IMG/VR virus record: IMGVR_UViG_3300003848_000002
Location: 1 to 15,546 of that record
Length of the DNA: 15,546 nt
Strand: one strand, 5' to 3'
Source of the DNA: a virus
Lineage: Duplodnaviria; Heunggongvirae; Uroviricota; Caudoviricetes
Below are positions 14,768 to 15,546 of the stretch, in pieces (position 1 is the stretch's first letter; each line of letters begins with the position of its first letter). The position numbers were made by a program, and so were the translations under genes. Under the pieces are notes generated by a model. That model made no database searches and was not told the origin of the DNA. It worked only from the letters and a program-made list of their open reading frames with translations.

Positions 14768-15540
14768 TGAAAAATGAAATGATGAATGAAAAGCTGCTTG
14801 GCGCTATGCGCCTTGCCGCTTTACAGGAATATCCGAATGAGGCTTGCGGCCTGCTTATTAATACGAGAGCGAATAAGTATGAGTTAATTATTTGCCGAAA
14901 CGTCGCTGATGATCCTGAAAACTATTTTGTCATGCACGCCGAAGACCAAATTGCAGCTGAGAAAGCTGGCGAGGTGGTGGGCGTTTGGCATTCGCATACT
15001 GACGAGGACAATCAGGCGTCTGAGGCAGATGTGTCTGGTTGTGAAGCCTCAGAGTTGCCGTGGTTTATTATCAACATCAGCAAAAATTACAATCCTGAAA
15101 TTGATGCAGAGTTTCGTTTTAGTGATGTAAATGTGATCAAGCCATCTGGATTTGAAATGCCTTATGAGGGAAGACCTTACGCATTCGGGGTATTTGATTG
15201 CTGGTTGCTGTGCCGAGATTATTTAAAGCGAGAGAAAAATGTGGCTATTGGCGTCTGCCCCGAGTTGCATATCCCATCGTGGTGGGAAAAGGGGGTTGAT
15301 ATTTTAAACGACAACTTCCAATCACAGGATCTTGTAAGATTACCACCGGGAACCCCACGTCAAAATGGCGACATTTTCTTCATGCAGTTAGCATCGCAAG
15401 TTCCTGATCACTGTGCAGTTTACATTGGCGATGGTATGATATTGCATCATCAAATGGATAGATTGAGCTGTAAAGCAATTTATGGCGGGATGTACGAAAA
15501 GCACACTACGCACCATTTGAGACACAAGGATTTAATGTGA
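14764..15540 (+). CDS. Tail assembly protein, lambda gpK-like (JAB/MPN + NlpC/P60; 258 aa)
   Basis: ATGA overlap with gene L. Intact JAMM motif E(NEACG)...HSH-x7-S-x2-D; NlpC/P60 PYAFGVFDCW, DHCAVY and LHH. Confidence 0.92.
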   Translation: MMKNEMMNEKLLGAMRLAALQEYPNEACGLLINTRANKYELIICRNVADDPENYFVMHAEDQIAAEKAGEVVGVWHSHTDEDNQASEADVSGCEASELPWFIINISKNYNPEIDAEFRFSDVNVIKPSGFEMPYEGRPYAFGVFDCWLLCRDYLKREKNVAIGVCPELHIPSWWEKGVDILNDNFQSQDLVRLPPGTPRQNGDIFFMQLASQVPDHCAVYIGDGMILHHQMDRLSCKAIYGGMYEKHTTHHLRHKDLM

Positions 15541-15546
15541 GGGAAG

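Larger units (their letters stand above)
1..15546 (+). mobile_element. Siphovirus-type head and tail morphogenesis module (phage/prophage; resembles SSU5/pHCM2-like phage-plasmids)
   Basis: Collinear plus-strand genes terminase-portal-scaffold-capsid-head completion-tail tube-chaperones-tape measure-M-L-K with tight spacing or overlaps. The family assignment is from recalled protein similarity only, not a search, and no replication or integration genes are in the window. Confidence 0.9.

Noticed and set aside
1-15546. CRISPR arrays, tRNA/rRNA genes, IS elements, introns/inteins, HNH insertions, diversity-generating retroelement parts, tailocin or GTA identity
   Set aside because: No repeat-spacer arrays, cloverleafs, transposases or insertions were seen, and gene sizes are normal. 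Full head genes exclude a tailocin. Nothing supports a GTA assignment.

Overview
The whole window is an uninterrupted, all plus-strand virion morphogenesis module of a long-tailed (siphovirus-type) phage or prophage. Gene order: large terminase (5' end cut off by the window edge), portal, scaffold, HK97-fold major capsid, two small paralogous proteins, head-tail adaptor, head closure, neck, tail terminator, major tail protein with a C-terminal Big_2 Ig domain, tail assembly chaperones G/T, a ~1525-aa tape measure protein and lambda-like tail tip genes M, L, K. The proteins and gene order resemble SSU5/pHCM2/pMT1-type phage-plasmids of Enterobacterales; this is recognition from memory, not a search. 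No cargo, tRNA, CRISPR, IS or lysis genes are visible. The unexplained signals are mostly regulatory or recoding. (1) A C_CCA_AAG slippery heptamer plus a 9-bp stem-loop sits at the tube/Ig boundary of the major tail gene, where a -1 shift would REMOVE the Ig domain. (2) A 22-bp quasi-palindrome occurs three times, once inside a near-consensus sigma70 promoter hidden in the portal 3' end. (3) Four gene leaders carry hairpins with AGGA in the loop, including a consensus-like double CsrA-type site before gene L. (4) The G/GT junction has only a non-canonical GCA_AAG shift site. (5) Two small post-capsid proteins align without gaps. All folding and alignments were done by eye.
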